62,679 nucleotides of DNA, filler included, from a bacterium (GCA_027004335.1; 12 parts of 12 records of this genome joined end to end with filler, not necessarily neighbours in it); one strand, 5' to 3'; counted from the whole stretch's first letter, positions 50,275 to 60,481 are shown. Numbers and translations: made by a program. The notes: generated by a model not told the origin, from the letters alone.

Positions 50275-50981
50275 ATCTTTATTTCTGTAAAATCCTATGA
50301 CACGGAAGCAATAGCACAACAGCTCTCAGAGAAGTTTCCAGAGGCATGGGTTGTATCTCTTCAAAATGGCCTTGGAAACTGGGAAAAAATTTCTTCCTAC
50401 TTTCCTAGAGAGAAAATAATTGGGGCGCGTGTGATTTATGGTGCTGAAATTATTAAGCCAGGAAGAGTAAAGATTACTGTAATTGCGGATGACACTCTTT
50501 TTGGTTCTCCATGGAAATATTATGGAGCAAATACTTTTGCAAAAAAGCTTGCTGAGATATTTAGAAAATCAGGATATCCTGCAAGATTTGAAGAAAATAT
50601 TACTGCGTATCTCTGGGCAAAAGTCCTTTATAATAATGCTCTTAATGGGATGGGAGCGATCCTCTCCTCAAGTTATGGACCCATGGCTGACTTTCTGCAT
50701 CTTCGCAAGTCTATGCTACAAATAATTATAGAAACTTACGATGTTGGTAAAAAGATGGGAGTAGAATTTATAATTCCAGATCCCCTTGAATATTTTGANN
50801 NNNNNNNNCTCCCACTTATGATCACTTCCCCTCCATGTATCAGGATATTAAAAATGGTAAAAAAACAGAGATTGATGCACTTAATGGGGCAATTTCAAGC
50901 TATGGGGAAAAATTAGGAATTCCCACACCAGCAAATGATCTTATTACTGCTATGATTAAATTCCTTGAAAGGAGAAAATGA
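50275..50981 (+). CDS. panE: Ketopantoate reductase (5' end cut; N10 gap at 50799-50808)
   Basis: VKSYDT, SLQNGLGN, W.K..YN..LN; after the gap SMYQD...GKKTEIDALNGAI, PTP.N. Confidence 0.9.
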
Positions 50982-52159
50982 AATATAGTGAAATCTTTTT
51001 AAAAAAAGGGAAGGAAAAGTCAATAAGAAACAGGCATCCATGGGTATTCTCTGGTGCAGTTGATAAAGTTCATGAAAATTTTGATTCTCCCATCTGCAAA
51101 ATTTACGACAATAATGGTAATTTCCTTGGATGGGGCTTCTACAATTCTTCTTCTTTTATAAAAATTAGAGTAGTTTCTCTTAAAGAGGAAGAATTTCCTG
51201 ATGAAGGTCTTTTAAGAAAGCGAATGGAAATAGCATGGAATTTAAGGAAAAAGGTAAGGGAAATTTCAAACGGATTCAGAGTGGTCAATAGCGAAGGAGA
51301 TAGTTTGCCAGGTTTGATAATTGATTATTATAATGGGCTGGTAGTATTCCAGATAAGATCACTTGGGATGGAATTCTATAAAGAATCTATTGTTGAATCC
51401 ATAAAAGAGATTATAAATCCTACCGCCATTCTTGAAAAAAATAATTTTGGAACAAGGAAACTGGAAAACCTTCCACCAATACTTAAAGTCCATATTGGTA
51501 CTCCACCGGAAAAAGTGGAAATTTTTGAATATGATTGGTCCTTTTATGTGTATATAGTTGAAGGACAAAAAACAGGCTTTTTCCTTGATCAAAGAGAAAA
51601 CAGAAAAATACTTTATGAATTTGTAGAAAAGGGGATGAAAATTGCGAATACATTCGCGTACACGGGGGGTTTTGGCATCCCTGCTTCTATTAAAGGAGCC
51701 AATGTGGTTAATGTGGAGATTTCCAGAGAAGCCCTTGAAAAAGCCAAAGAAAATTATACACTTAATACACTATATTTTGAAGATTCAAGTTTTGTAAAGG
51801 CAGATGTGTTCAACTGGCTCAGAGAGGTTAATAAAAAAAATAAAAAATTTGATTTTGTTGTTCTTGATCCTCCAGCATTTGCGAAAACAGTTTCTTCTGT
51901 CCAGAGAGCTTCAAGAGGTTACAAAGATATTAATTTAAACGCTCTGAAGATCATAAGAGAAGGAGGATATCTTTTTACCTTTTCCTGTTCAAATCACATA
52001 GATTTTGCTCTTTTCCAGAAAATTATTTTTTCTGCGTTCAAAGATGCAGGAAGAGAAGGAAAGATAATTAAAAGAATGGGACAATCAGCAGACCACCCCA
52101 TAAATATCTATCATCCAGAAGGAGAATATTTAAAGGGGCTCCTTATCCATGTAGCTTAG
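50978..52159 (+). CDS. rlmI: RlmI/RlmK-type SAM-dependent rRNA methyltransferase
   Basis: RHPWVFSG (PUA), [39 protein letters not shown]. Confidence 0.88.
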   Translation: MKYSEIFLKKGKEKSIRNRHPWVFSGAVDKVHENFDSPICKIYDNNGNFLGWGFYNSSSFIKIRVVSLKEEEFPDEGLLRKRMEIAWNLRKKVREISNGFRVVNSEGDSLPGLIIDYYNGLVVFQIRSLGMEFYKESIVESIKEIINPTAILEKNNFGTRKLENLPPILKVHIGTPPEKVEIFEYDWSFYVYIVEGQKTGFFLDQRENRKILYEFVEKGMKIANTFAYTGGFGIPASIKGANVVNVEISREALEKAKENYTLNTLYFEDSSFVKADVFNWLREVNKKNKKFDFVVLDPPAFAKTVSSVQRASRGYKDINLNALKIIREGGYLFTFSCSNHIDFALFQKIIFSAFKDAGREGKIIKRMGQSADHPINIYHPEGEYLKGLLIHVA

Positions 52160-52803
52160 CTTTTAGGAACTTTTTCCCAATCTTTCATGAACCTCTCAAT
52201 TCCAATATCCGTAAGAGGATGTTTTGCAAGTTGCTGAATCACTTTGAATGGTATTGTTGCAATATCTGCACCTAAGAGTGCTGCCTCAAGTACATGCATG
52301 GGGTGTCTGATGCTTGCGACTATTATCTCCGTCTTAAAACTATAATTAGAGTAAATATCAACGATCTGCGAAACAAGGTTCATTCCATCAGAGGAGATAT
52401 CATCCAGTCTACCTACAAAAGGGCTCACATAGGTAGCTCCAGCTTTTGCGGCAAGTAAGGCCTGGAGAGGTGAAAAAACAAGAGTAACATTGGTCTTAAT
52501 TCCTTCAGAAGATAGTGTCTTAACAGCCTTTAAGCCTTCCAGTATCATTGGTACTTTTACGACCACATTATTTCCAAGTTTTGCAAGCTCGTGGGCCTCG
52601 CTAATCATACTCTTGCTATCAAGACTTATAACCTCAAGACTAACTGGTCCTGGTACTAATTCAAGAATTTCTTTCACCACCATATTAAATGGCTTCCCTG
52701 TTTTTGAAACAAGAGAGGGATTAGTTGTAACTCCATCAACCATACCCATCTTCATGGCTTCTCTGATTTCATTGATATCTGCTGAGTCAATAAAAAACTT
52801 CAT
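52156..52803 (-). CDS. tal: Transaldolase, small MipB/TalC type
   Basis: [13 protein letters not shown] (Glu), VVKVP (Schiff-base Lys), SPFVGR (Phe); these residues fit transaldolase rather than FSA. Confidence 0.9.
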   Translation of the reverse strand: MKFFIDSADINEIREAMKMGMVDGVTTNPSLVSKTGKPFNMVVKEILELVPGPVSLEVISLDSKSMISEAHELAKLGNNVVVKVPMILEGLKAVKTLSSEGIKTNVTLVFSPLQALLAAKAGATYVSPFVGRLDDISSDGMNLVSQIVDIYSNYSFKTEIIVASIRHPMHVLEAALLGADIATIPFKVIQQLAKHPLTDIGIERFMKDWEKVPKS

Positions 52804-52814
52804 TTTTTACCCCC

Positions 52815-53322
52815 TCAGAATTTTGTTCCGACCAATAAAAAGAGAGCATCCTGATCAAAATTGTGCATCTCAGCTTCAAAAAACACAAAGGGTGTTACAA
52901 AATAATCTGCTCCGATGAAAACTCCCCACGGGAGCTGAGAGTGGAGCATCTCTTCCGACTGTGCAAATTTTATTCTTTGATAAGAATATTTGAAACCTCC
53001 ATATAGGGCTATGTAATTTTTAAGAAATTTGCTTATTCCAATTTTTCCATCAAACTTTACCCAGTAAAGAGTTCCCACTTTTCCGTTTTCAATTCCTGAA
53101 ATTTCAGAATATGTTGTGTCTCCTTCAACATAGAGGTTCGTAATTGTAAAATTCTGGCTTAGAATTACCAATCTTGCACCAACTCCGTAAAAGGGTGAAA
53201 GGGTTCCTTTAAATCCTCCCACCTTTTTTCTTGCGTCATTAAGGCCACCCATGATAAAAAAATTTAGATAATTGGTAATTCCTATTCCACCTCGCAGAAG
53301 AATCTGGAAACTTTTTATGCTA
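52815..53322 (-). CDS. Outer-membrane beta-barrel protein, C-terminal part
   Basis: Alternating aromatic/hydrophobic strands, C-terminal Phe. Confidence 0.65.
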
Positions 53323-53422
53323 NNNNNNNNNNNNNNNNNNNNNNNNNNNNNNNNNNNNNNNNNNNNTTAATTAATTAANNNNNNNNNNNNNNNNNNNNNN
53401 NNNNNNNNNNNNNNNNNNNNNN
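53323..53422. other. Artificial contig-joining spacer
   Basis: N44-TTAATTAATTAA-N44. Confidence 0.98.
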
Positions 53423-53515
53423 GAACAATAATTTCCAGAAATCCAGCAAATTAAACCCCACCGGTTCCCCATTAAGGGTGAAGGGTAATTGAGGATCATC
53501 GTAGGTTTTCTTCAT
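53423..53515 (-). CDS. Hypothetical protein N-terminus (cut by contig edge)
   Basis: GGGAGG RBS; MKKTYDDPQLPFTLNGEPVGFNLLDFWKLLF. Confidence 0.55.
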
Positions 53516-53669
53516 TCTTTTCCTCCCTTAATTTGCTATTATTTTACTCCAATACGATTAAACAAACAGAATGCCAGGAGATTAGCGAGGAGGAAAGATT
53601 GCTAAATAGTTTCTATTTCAATTAGATAACAGGCAATAAGAAGAAAGGATTAAAGAAAAATTAAAATTT

Positions 53670-53882
53670 TTATTCTTTAGTTTTGCTTTCCTCAATTGAT
53701 TTAATCACCTGCTTAATAATCTTGGGATGTAGAATCTTTCCTTTATGATAAGGTATAACAACTCTTTTGTTTCCTTTCATGTAAATTCTATGGCTTCCCT
53801 TTGTCCTAACCAATTCAAAACCAGCCTGCAATAGCATCTTTTCTGCTTCCTCAGGAGTTAATCTTGGCTGTTTAACCAACAC
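53670..53882 (-). CDS. hicA: HicA family toxin
   Basis: L...GF...R.KGSH.......VVIP.H. Confidence 0.93.
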   Translation of the reverse strand: MLVKQPRLTPEEAEKMLLQAGFELVRTKGSHRIYMKGNKRVVIPYHKGKILHPKIIKQVIKSIEESKTKE

Positions 53883-54096
53883 TAACCTCCATGGAGGTGG
53901 TAAGGATCTCTTTGCTTAATAGTTGCTTAATCTCATCATCAGAGAGGGTTTCGAGATAAAGCTCTATTGCTTCCTTAACATTTGCCAGCACTTCTTCTAT
54001 TGTATCCCCCTGAGTCTGGCATCCCTCCAATTCTGGACAAAAGGCATAATAGCCGTATTCATCTTTTTCAATAATGACATTTACTTTATAAGGCAT
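53872..54096 (-). CDS. hicB: HicB family antitoxin (short form, no DNA-binding domain)
   Basis: GYYA.CP.L.GC.TQG.T.EE.L.N.KEAI.LYLE; AGGAGG RBS before ATG 54096. Confidence 0.93.
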   Translation of the reverse strand: MPYKVNVIIEKDEYGYYAFCPELEGCQTQGDTIEEVLANVKEAIELYLETLSDDEIKQLLSKEILTTSMEVSVG

Positions 54097-54159
54097 GGTA
54101 GATCCCTCCTTCTTATCCACATTATTGCACATTAAAGGGTGGGATTCAATATACAATGG

Positions 54160-54187
54160 GTAGAGAAGCAAAATTTTGCGTCTCTAC
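54160..54187. repeat. GTAG-type REP-like palindrome
   Basis: GTAGAGAAGCAAAA-TTTTGCGTCTCTAC: 28-bp palindrome, one mismatch, GTAG/CTAC ends. Confidence 0.7.
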
Positions 54188-54217
54188 TCCATTCCCACAT
54201 CAGCAGAATCCCCTTCT

Positions 54218-54601
54218 TTAAAACCTCAGTTCCGCTTCACCTCCCCAGAGGCCATGAATGTTACAGAATGAAAGGGCAAAGATTTTTCCTGGTTTTTCCG
54301 TCTTAAATGTTGTAATTACAATAGGTTCGGTATAGATTCCTCCTGTATCAGCACCCCGAACCCCTGCTCCATGGGAGGAAAACTCATATTTACCTATTAA
54401 CTGAGGAAATTTTTCTCCATCGGGCAGAAAATAAACCTCAATCCACGAAATATGGTGGACTGTCGTATTGGGATGCAGGATCTCTTTCCCAACAGAAACT
54501 TCAATAGTTACCGGCTTACCCTTTTCAGGTGTCCCCTGAATTTCAATTACAGGAACATGCTTTTCACCTTTCCAATCACCAGTCTGAATTAAATCCTTCA
54601 T
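54218..54601 (-). CDS. Superoxide reductase (neelaredoxin / class II SORL type)
   Basis: EKHVP, HPNT..HHI, CNIHGLW. Confidence 0.93.
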   Translation of the reverse strand: MKDLIQTGDWKGEKHVPVIEIQGTPEKGKPVTIEVSVGKEILHPNTTVHHISWIEVYFLPDGEKFPQLIGKYEFSSHGAGVRGADTGGIYTEPIVITTFKTEKPGKIFALSFCNIHGLWGGEAELRF

Positions 54602-54649
54602 TTTTTCCTCCTATCAAGATATATCTCAAATCAAAACAAAGAACATGCC

Positions 54650-55291
54650 TCATATCTTTTTGTGACATAACCACCAGTCAAAACAATCATACTGTTTCGG
54701 TCTTTCCTCTGCTGTTTTCACATCTGATGCTGGAGGTATTATAACCTCATCCCCGACAATCTCATTGTTCGGCCAGTTAGCAGGGATTGCCACACCTTCT
54801 TTATCCGCAACCTGAAATCCTTTAATCATTCTTAGAAATTCATCCATATTTCTTCCAAGTTCCTGTGGATAATATAGAATTGCTCTAATGGTGCTCTCCG
54901 GATCAACAACAAACACAGCCCTTACGGTATTGGTCCCCTTCCCCGGATGGATAAATCCTAACTGTTTTGAAACCTCCCCAGTATCGTCTGCGATAATGGG
55001 GAACTTAATCTCAACTTTTAAATTATCCCTGATCCACTCTGTCCATTTAATATGGGAGAACACCTGATCAATACTCAATCCAATTAGCTCCGTATTGAGT
55101 TCCTTAAATTGATCATACCTCTTCTGAAAAGCAACAAATTCAGTGGTGCAAACAGGGGTAAAGTCTGCAGGGTGACTGAAAAGGATAAACCATTTCCCCT
55201 TATAATCATCAGGTAATTTCTTTATACCATGAGTAGTGGTAACCGTAACCTCCGGAAATCTTTCCCCAATGAGTGGTATTCTTCCTTCCAT
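54650..55291 (-). CDS. Peroxiredoxin (Prx6/archaeal-type)
   Basis: [42 protein letters not shown] before ATG 55291. Confidence 0.95.
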   Translation of the reverse strand: MEGRIPLIGERFPEVTVTTTHGIKKLPDDYKGKWFILFSHPADFTPVCTTEFVAFQKRYDQFKELNTELIGLSIDQVFSHIKWTEWIRDNLKVEIKFPIIADDTGEVSKQLGFIHPGKGTNTVRAVFVVDPESTIRAILYYPQELGRNMDEFLRMIKGFQVADKEGVAIPANWPNNEIVGDEVIIPPASDVKTAEERPKQYDCFDWWLCHKKI

Positions 55292-55310
55292 TTCCTTCCT
55301 CCTTTCTAAT

Positions 55311-55363
55311 TTTAAAATTTTTAAATCTATAATAAGTATAATGTATAAATTAACTTTTGTCAA
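55311..55363 (-). promoter_or_regulatory. Sigma-70 promoter with downstream 7-1-7 palindrome (PerR/Fur-like operator candidate)
   Basis: TTGACA-17 bp-TATACT; TTTAAAA-N-TTTTAAA at 55311-55325, between the -10 and the RBS. Confidence 0.7.
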
Positions 55364-55456
55364 ATAAAAAATCGATCCATATAAGGTAATTAAATCTGGC
55401 TTGGTTTTCTTGTTAAAATTCTTCTTTCCTGACCGGAAAAAATTAAACTAAGCTCC

Positions 55457-56460
55457 TCAGGGCAGGAAGAGATGTGAATAGTTTTTCACAAACTCAAGAA
55501 CCGGTGCCCAGTAAACACCAAGAATCACCACAGGAAATCCAAGAACAATCAGAAGAAAGATATGTGCAGGCGCAACAGGTACCTTCTCTGTCTCGTTGCT
55601 ATCTTCAAGAAACATCATCTTGGCAATTCTCGCATAGTAGTAAAGTGAAAGCACACTGTTCGCAATTCCAATAACTGCAAGCCAGAAGAGTTTTGCCTTG
55701 ATCACACTCACAAAGAGATAGAATTTACCGATAAATCCTCCCAGAGGAGGTATCCCCGCAAGAGAAAAGAGGAATATACCCATCATAACAGCAGCAAAGG
55801 GTGATCTCCTGCCGAGACCTCTGTACTTCACAATAGAATCCGTCCCGATTTTGTTATATATAATCTGAACAAAGAGGAATGCGCCAATATTCATCAATAG
55901 ATAAATAACAAAATAAAACATTACAGCATAAAAACCAATATAGTTCATCGCAGCAAAACCCATCAGCATATAACCGGCATGCGCTATACTGGAATAGGCT
56001 AATAACCTTTTAACACTGGTCTGATTTAAAGCAGTTATATTACCAACAGTCATGGTGAGAACAGAGATTATTCCCAGAAAGAGTGGCCAGTCAAGATTGT
56101 TCACAGGAATAAATTTATAAACATCACTTAAGACTCCCGCTACAAGCGGAGAACCCTGAATCATTACCGTGTAAAGAAATCTCATTGCCATAGCAAAACC
56201 AGCAGCCTTTGAGCCCACGGCAAGAAACGCAGCTATGGGAGTAGGTGCGCCTTCATAAACATCTGGAGCCCACATGTGAAAGGGAACCAGAGACATTTTA
56301 AAGAAGAAACCTGTAAAGATCATAAAAACAATTGCGAGAAGAGTAAATGAAGAGAATACACCACTGCTTAATTCTCCATGGATCACAGAGAAATTCAGAC
56401 TGCCTGTAAGACCAAAGAGATATGCAATACCCATTATCATCACGCCGGAGGCGGTGGCAC
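55457..56460 (-). CDS. nuoN: NADH-quinone oxidoreductase subunit N (5' end cut)
   Basis: FK...VPFHMWAPDVYEGAPTP, KRLLAYSSIAHAGY, SLAGIPP..GF.GK, YYY. Confidence 0.95.
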
Positions 56461-56560
56461 NNNNNNNNNNNNNNNNNNNNNNNNNNNNNNNNNNNNNNNN
56501 NNNNTTAATTAATTAANNNNNNNNNNNNNNNNNNNNNNNNNNNNNNNNNNNNNNNNNNNN
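56461..56560. other. Artificial contig-joining spacer
   Basis: N44-TTAATTAATTAA-N44. Confidence 0.98.
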
Positions 56561-56854
56561 TCTATTTTACCGAACATTGTTTCAAACTTTTTCTTATAAA
56601 AAATAATTCTTCTTGACTCTTCTCTTCTCACAGTAGGCATCTCTTTCTTCAGCACTTAATGTTTCAATAAATCTGGTAAATTGTTCTTTCATAAGCTCAA
56701 AAAATAATTCTTTAACTTTCTTTTTTTCTTCAAATAATTCTGATAAACTATATTTACTCATATGGATCTACCTCCTGTTTGGTTTAGGTTTCTTACCAGA
56801 TTATAGGAGGTAGCTTTTTCTTGCAACTCTTACACAAAATTAGTATACACTATC
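56561..56854 (-). mobile_element. Left end of an IS256-family element with frameshifted transposase start
   Basis: End GATAGTGTATACTAATTTTGTGTAAG; AGGAGG RBS, ATG 56761; reads ..LSAEERDAYCEKRRVKKNYF, then after a frameshift in a T6 run YKKKFETMFGKI. Confidence 0.75.
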
Positions 56855-56964
56855 TTTAAAGCTTTTGGTGAAAAATGCAAGACAGCAAAAGTTCGTCAAA
56901 CTGTTCCCTTGCTGAGAATACCCTGTAATGATATGATAATTTAAAAAAATGAGTCCGGGAGCTG

Positions 56965-58062
56965 ATGATAAAGAGAGATTTTAGCGGTAGAAACGCACTA
57001 TTTATTGAATTGTCAGAAATTTATGAGAATCTTTATTATCTGGAAAAAATATCTGGGAAAAAAGCGATTCCTGTCGTAAAAGCAAATGCCTATGGACTGG
57101 GAGCCTTTGAGGTGGGAAGGTTTTTAGAGGAAAGAGGTTATAATTTTCTTGCAGTGGCAACATTTGAAGAAGCTATGGAGTTAAGAGAAAGAGGCTTAAA
57201 AGCGAAGATATTAATATTAAGTGGTTCGCCGGATGATCCATATGAAAAAATGAACAAACTGGGTTTCATTCCTGTTCTTCATAATTTTGAACAGATAAAA
57301 AAAATAAAATCAGAGGTAAATTCTCGATTAGATGTTCACTTAAAATTTAATACAGGAATGAACCGGCTGGGTTTTAATGTGGAAGAAGATATTGGCGAGA
57401 TTTTAAGATGTGAAAAAATCAGGATCCGGGGTGTAATGACTCATTTTGCAAAGGCTGACACGAGTAAAAGATTTACTCAGGAGCAGATAAGAAAATTTAA
57501 AAAAGTTCTGGATAGGTGGAAGTTGAATTCTTATCCAGATGTGATCATTCATACAGCCAATTCTGCTGGGATACTGAGAGGGTTTACCTACGGTAATATG
57601 ATAAGGCCCGGGATTTTTATGTATGGTGCACTTCCTACTCCCGCATTTCCCCCTGTTCCTTCCCAGAAGATCCCTTACCATTTTACATGCAGGATAATAA
57701 ATTGCAGGGAATTGAAAGAAGGAGACAGGGTAAGTTACGGTGGCATCTTTGTTGCTAAGAAAAAAATGAGAGTAGCTGTCCTTGGTTGTGGTTATGGCGA
57801 TGGTATTCCCAGGGCTCTCTCTAATAGAGGTGTGTTTATTGTTAATGGTAAAAAGGTACCGGTAATTGGTAGAATTTGTATGGATATGAGTGTTGTTGAT
57901 GTGACAGGGGTGTCAGAGTGTGGAGTGGGGGATTCTGCCATATTTATGGGGGAAGCAAATGGAGAAAAAATCACCGCTGACGATGTTGCCTGTAAGGTTT
58001 CCACCATTGGATATGAGATTCTGACTGGAATTAATTTGAGAGTTAAGAGAATATACTTGTGA
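56965..58062 (+). CDS. alr: Alanine racemase
   Basis: VVKANAYG (PLP Lys), H.K.NTGMNRLG, THFA, NSAG, RPG, VSYG, GYGDG, GRICMD. Confidence 0.96.
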   Translation: MIKRDFSGRNALFIELSEIYENLYYLEKISGKKAIPVVKANAYGLGAFEVGRFLEERGYNFLAVATFEEAMELRERGLKAKILILSGSPDDPYEKMNKLGFIPVLHNFEQIKKIKSEVNSRLDVHLKFNTGMNRLGFNVEEDIGEILRCEKIRIRGVMTHFAKADTSKRFTQEQIRKFKKVLDRWKLNSYPDVIIHTANSAGILRGFTYGNMIRPGIFMYGALPTPAFPPVPSQKIPYHFTCRIINCRELKEGDRVSYGGIFVAKKKMRVAVLGCGYGDGIPRALSNRGVFIVNGKKVPVIGRICMDMSVVDVTGVSECGVGDSAIFMGEANGEKITADDVACKVSTIGYEILTGINLRVKRIYL

Positions 58063-58838
58063 GTATGGTTTTAGACTGGATTAATTTAGTAGGTGATTAT
58101 CTGTACAGGATCTTTGTAAATACCGGGAATTTTGTTATCTTTCACTGGGAGATACTGAAAGGGATATTTAGAAAACCTTTTAGATTCAATGAACTGATGT
58201 TTCAGATGGAATTTATTGGTGTTAAATCATGGGGAATTGTCTCTCTTACGGGGCTTTTTGGTGGAATGGTTATTGCTCTTGAGACTACTTATGCACTTTC
58301 ACTTTTTGGGGCGGAGTATCTTGTTGGTCCCACAACTCTTCTCGCTCTTTTTCGAGAACTTGGACCGGTTCTCACGGCTCTTATGGTTACGGGAAGAGCT
58401 GGCTCTGCCATGGCGACCGAGTTAGGAAGTATGAAGGTGACGGAGCAGATTGATGCCCTATATGTGATGGCTGTTGACCCTGTTCAATATCTGGTTGTTC
58501 CAAGGGTTCTGGCTACTATTATTATGCTTCCTCTCCTCACCTTCCTTTTTAACTTTCTTGGGTCCACGGGAGCATTCATAATAAGCATATCCACGGGGGC
58601 TACCACCCCCCACACTTTTTTTATAGAAATAATAGGTAGAGTGCATAACTGGGACCTTTTTGGAGGGTTAATCAAATCGCTTTTTTTTGGGATGACAATT
58701 TCAGCCATTAGTACATATATGGGTATGAAAACCAGAGGTGGGGCAAGGGGTGTGGGCCAGGCGTCCACTCTATCTGTGGTTTATAGTTCAATTATGATAA
58801 TGATAAATGACTATATACTTACACCATTTATTTTTTGA
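58059..58838 (+). CDS. mlaE: MlaE family ABC permease
   Basis: RELGPVLTALMVTGRAGSA...ELGSMKVTEQIDAL, GGARGVG. Confidence 0.95.
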   Translation: MSMVLDWINLVGDYLYRIFVNTGNFVIFHWEILKGIFRKPFRFNELMFQMEFIGVKSWGIVSLTGLFGGMVIALETTYALSLFGAEYLVGPTTLLALFRELGPVLTALMVTGRAGSAMATELGSMKVTEQIDALYVMAVDPVQYLVVPRVLATIIMLPLLTFLFNFLGSTGAFIISISTGATTPHTFFIEIIGRVHNWDLFGGLIKSLFFGMTISAISTYMGMKTRGGARGVGQASTLSVVYSSIMIMINDYILTPFIF

Positions 58839-58845
58839 TAACAAT

Positions 58846-59589
58846 ATGGATGCTATAATAAAATTGAAAAATGTAAAAAAAAGTTTTGGGAAAAATGAGG
58901 TCTTAAAGAATTTTAATCTTGAGATACCTGCAGGGAGGATAACAACTTTAATGGGACTGAGTGGTTCCGGCAAGAGTGTTACTATGAAACTGATTCTGGG
59001 TCTTCTTTCTCCAGAGGGGGGTGAAATTTTTTTTAAGGAGAAAGATATAACCCATTTAAGATTTAGTGAAAGAAAAGAAATTTTGAAGAGATTCGGAGTT
59101 GTATTTCAGAATTCCGCTCTGTTTGATTCTATGAGTCTTTATGAAAATGTGGCGTTTCCATTAAGGGAGCATACCTATATGAGCGAGGGGGAAATAGAGG
59201 AAAGAGTCATGCTGGTTTTGAAAGAGGTTGGGCTTTCAGGAGCGGAGAAGAAGTTTCCAGAGGAACTAAGCGGAGGAATGAGGAAAAGAGCAGGACTTGC
59301 AAGGGCTATTGTGCTTGAGCCGGATGTGATTCTTTACGATGAACCTGTAACAGGTCTTGATCCGGTGACAAGCAGGATGATTGAGGATCTGATAGTTAAG
59401 ATTCAGGAGGAGTATAATCATACCTCTTTCATTATAAATCACGATGTTGAAAGCACATTGAGGATGTCAGATTTTGTTGGTTTTTTGTACGATGGAGTAA
59501 TCCAGTATTTTGGGACCCCTGAAGAAGTTACAAGGAGCAAGAATGAGTTTTTGAAACAGTTTCTGGAGGGTTCGGCCGTGGGTCCGATT
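58846..59589 (+). CDS. mlaF: MlaF family ABC ATPase (last codons cut)
   Basis: GLSGSGKS, FQ.SALFDS, LSGGMRKR.GLARA, YDEP..GLDP. Confidence 0.94.
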
Positions 59590-59689
59590 NNNNNNNNNNN
59601 NNNNNNNNNNNNNNNNNNNNNNNNNNNNNNNNNTTAATTAATTAANNNNNNNNNNNNNNNNNNNNNNNNNNNNNNNNNNNNNNNNNNNN
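59590..59689. other. Artificial contig-joining spacer
   Basis: N44-TTAATTAATTAA-N44. Confidence 0.98.
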
Positions 59690-59690
59690 T

Positions 59691-60389
59691 CTTTATGGTG
59701 AGGTAATGGAATTCGGTTATAAGTTATCAGGAAATGGAATTGTCGTTCCTGTTATCAATTTTACTGTCAAATTGATTGAGACTTCTTCGGGAAGAGTGCT
59801 ATGGTCTGGAATAACTTCCTATGTTGGTGGAGTGGATGTTTCTTCAATTTCGTTGAATCTTCATAGGATTGTAAAAGAAATGATAGATGATCTGAGCAAA
59901 AAAATTTCTCCTGGTGTGTACAAATGTAATGGAAAAAAGTATGTTATTTCATATCTTGAAAAATCTGCTCAACCAAGGAAAAAGAGTATTGGAAAATTGG
60001 TTAATCCTCTTGCTGTGAAGATTTATAACATGATTTATACAAGGGACAAGTTCATCCTTGAAGGAGTAAGATTTAATGGAAAGAGTAATAACCTTGCCCC
60101 TGAGAGTTACGAAACTCTTAATGCACTTGGCAGAGTATTAAAAGTTTATCCAGCAATCAGGCTAAGGATTGAATGTCACACTGACGCTTCTGCTTCTCCA
60201 TCTGCGGATAGAGTACTAACCCGGAAGCAGGCTCAGGAAATATTTCGTTACCTTGTTTCTAAATGGAATATTTCTCCCAATAGATTGGAGTTTCAGGGGG
60301 TGGGTTCTTCTTTTCCCCTTCTTCCCAATATAAGCAGGCGTAACCGAATGCTTAATAGGAGAGTTGAGATAAAAGTCCTGAGCAGGTAA
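59691..60389 (+). CDS. OmpA-like C-terminal domain protein preceded by a CsgG/LpoB-like segment (5' end cut)
   Basis: KLIET.SG.VLWS; F...S..L, IE.HTD, RL...G.G...P...N......NRRVEI. Confidence 0.8.
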   Translation, partial: LYGEVMEFGYKLSGNGIVVPVINFTVKLIETSSGRVLWSGITSYVGGVDVSSISLNLHRIVKEMIDDLSKKISPGVYKCNGKKYVISYLEKSAQPRKKSIGKLVNPLAVKIYNMIYTRDKFILEGVRFNGKSNNLAPESYETLNALGRVLKVYPAIRLRIECHTDASASPSADRVLTRKQAQEIFRYLVSKWNISPNRLEFQGVGSSFPLLPNISRRNRMLNRRVEIKVLSR

Positions 60390-60421
60390 AAATCCCAACG
60401 CTGCCAGTGGCAGCGTTGGGA
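60388..60421 (-). terminator. Intrinsic terminator downstream of fadH (possibly bidirectional)
   Basis: TCCCAACGCTGCCA-G-TGGCAGCGTTGGGA inverted repeat followed by a T tract on the minus strand. Confidence 0.85.
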
Positions 60422-60481
60422 GGGGATCAATGAAGGGAGGCAGGGAGTTACTATCCCTCTATATATTTGAACAGATGTTTA

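Noticed and set aside
50431-50916. panE as a frameshifted pseudogene
   Set aside because: The frame change coincides with an N10 gap; conserved motifs continue to a stop overlapping the rlmI start
52156-52803. Fructose-6-phosphate aldolase (fsa)
   Set aside because: Has Glu in VSLEV and Phe in SPFVGR, the transaldolase-type residues
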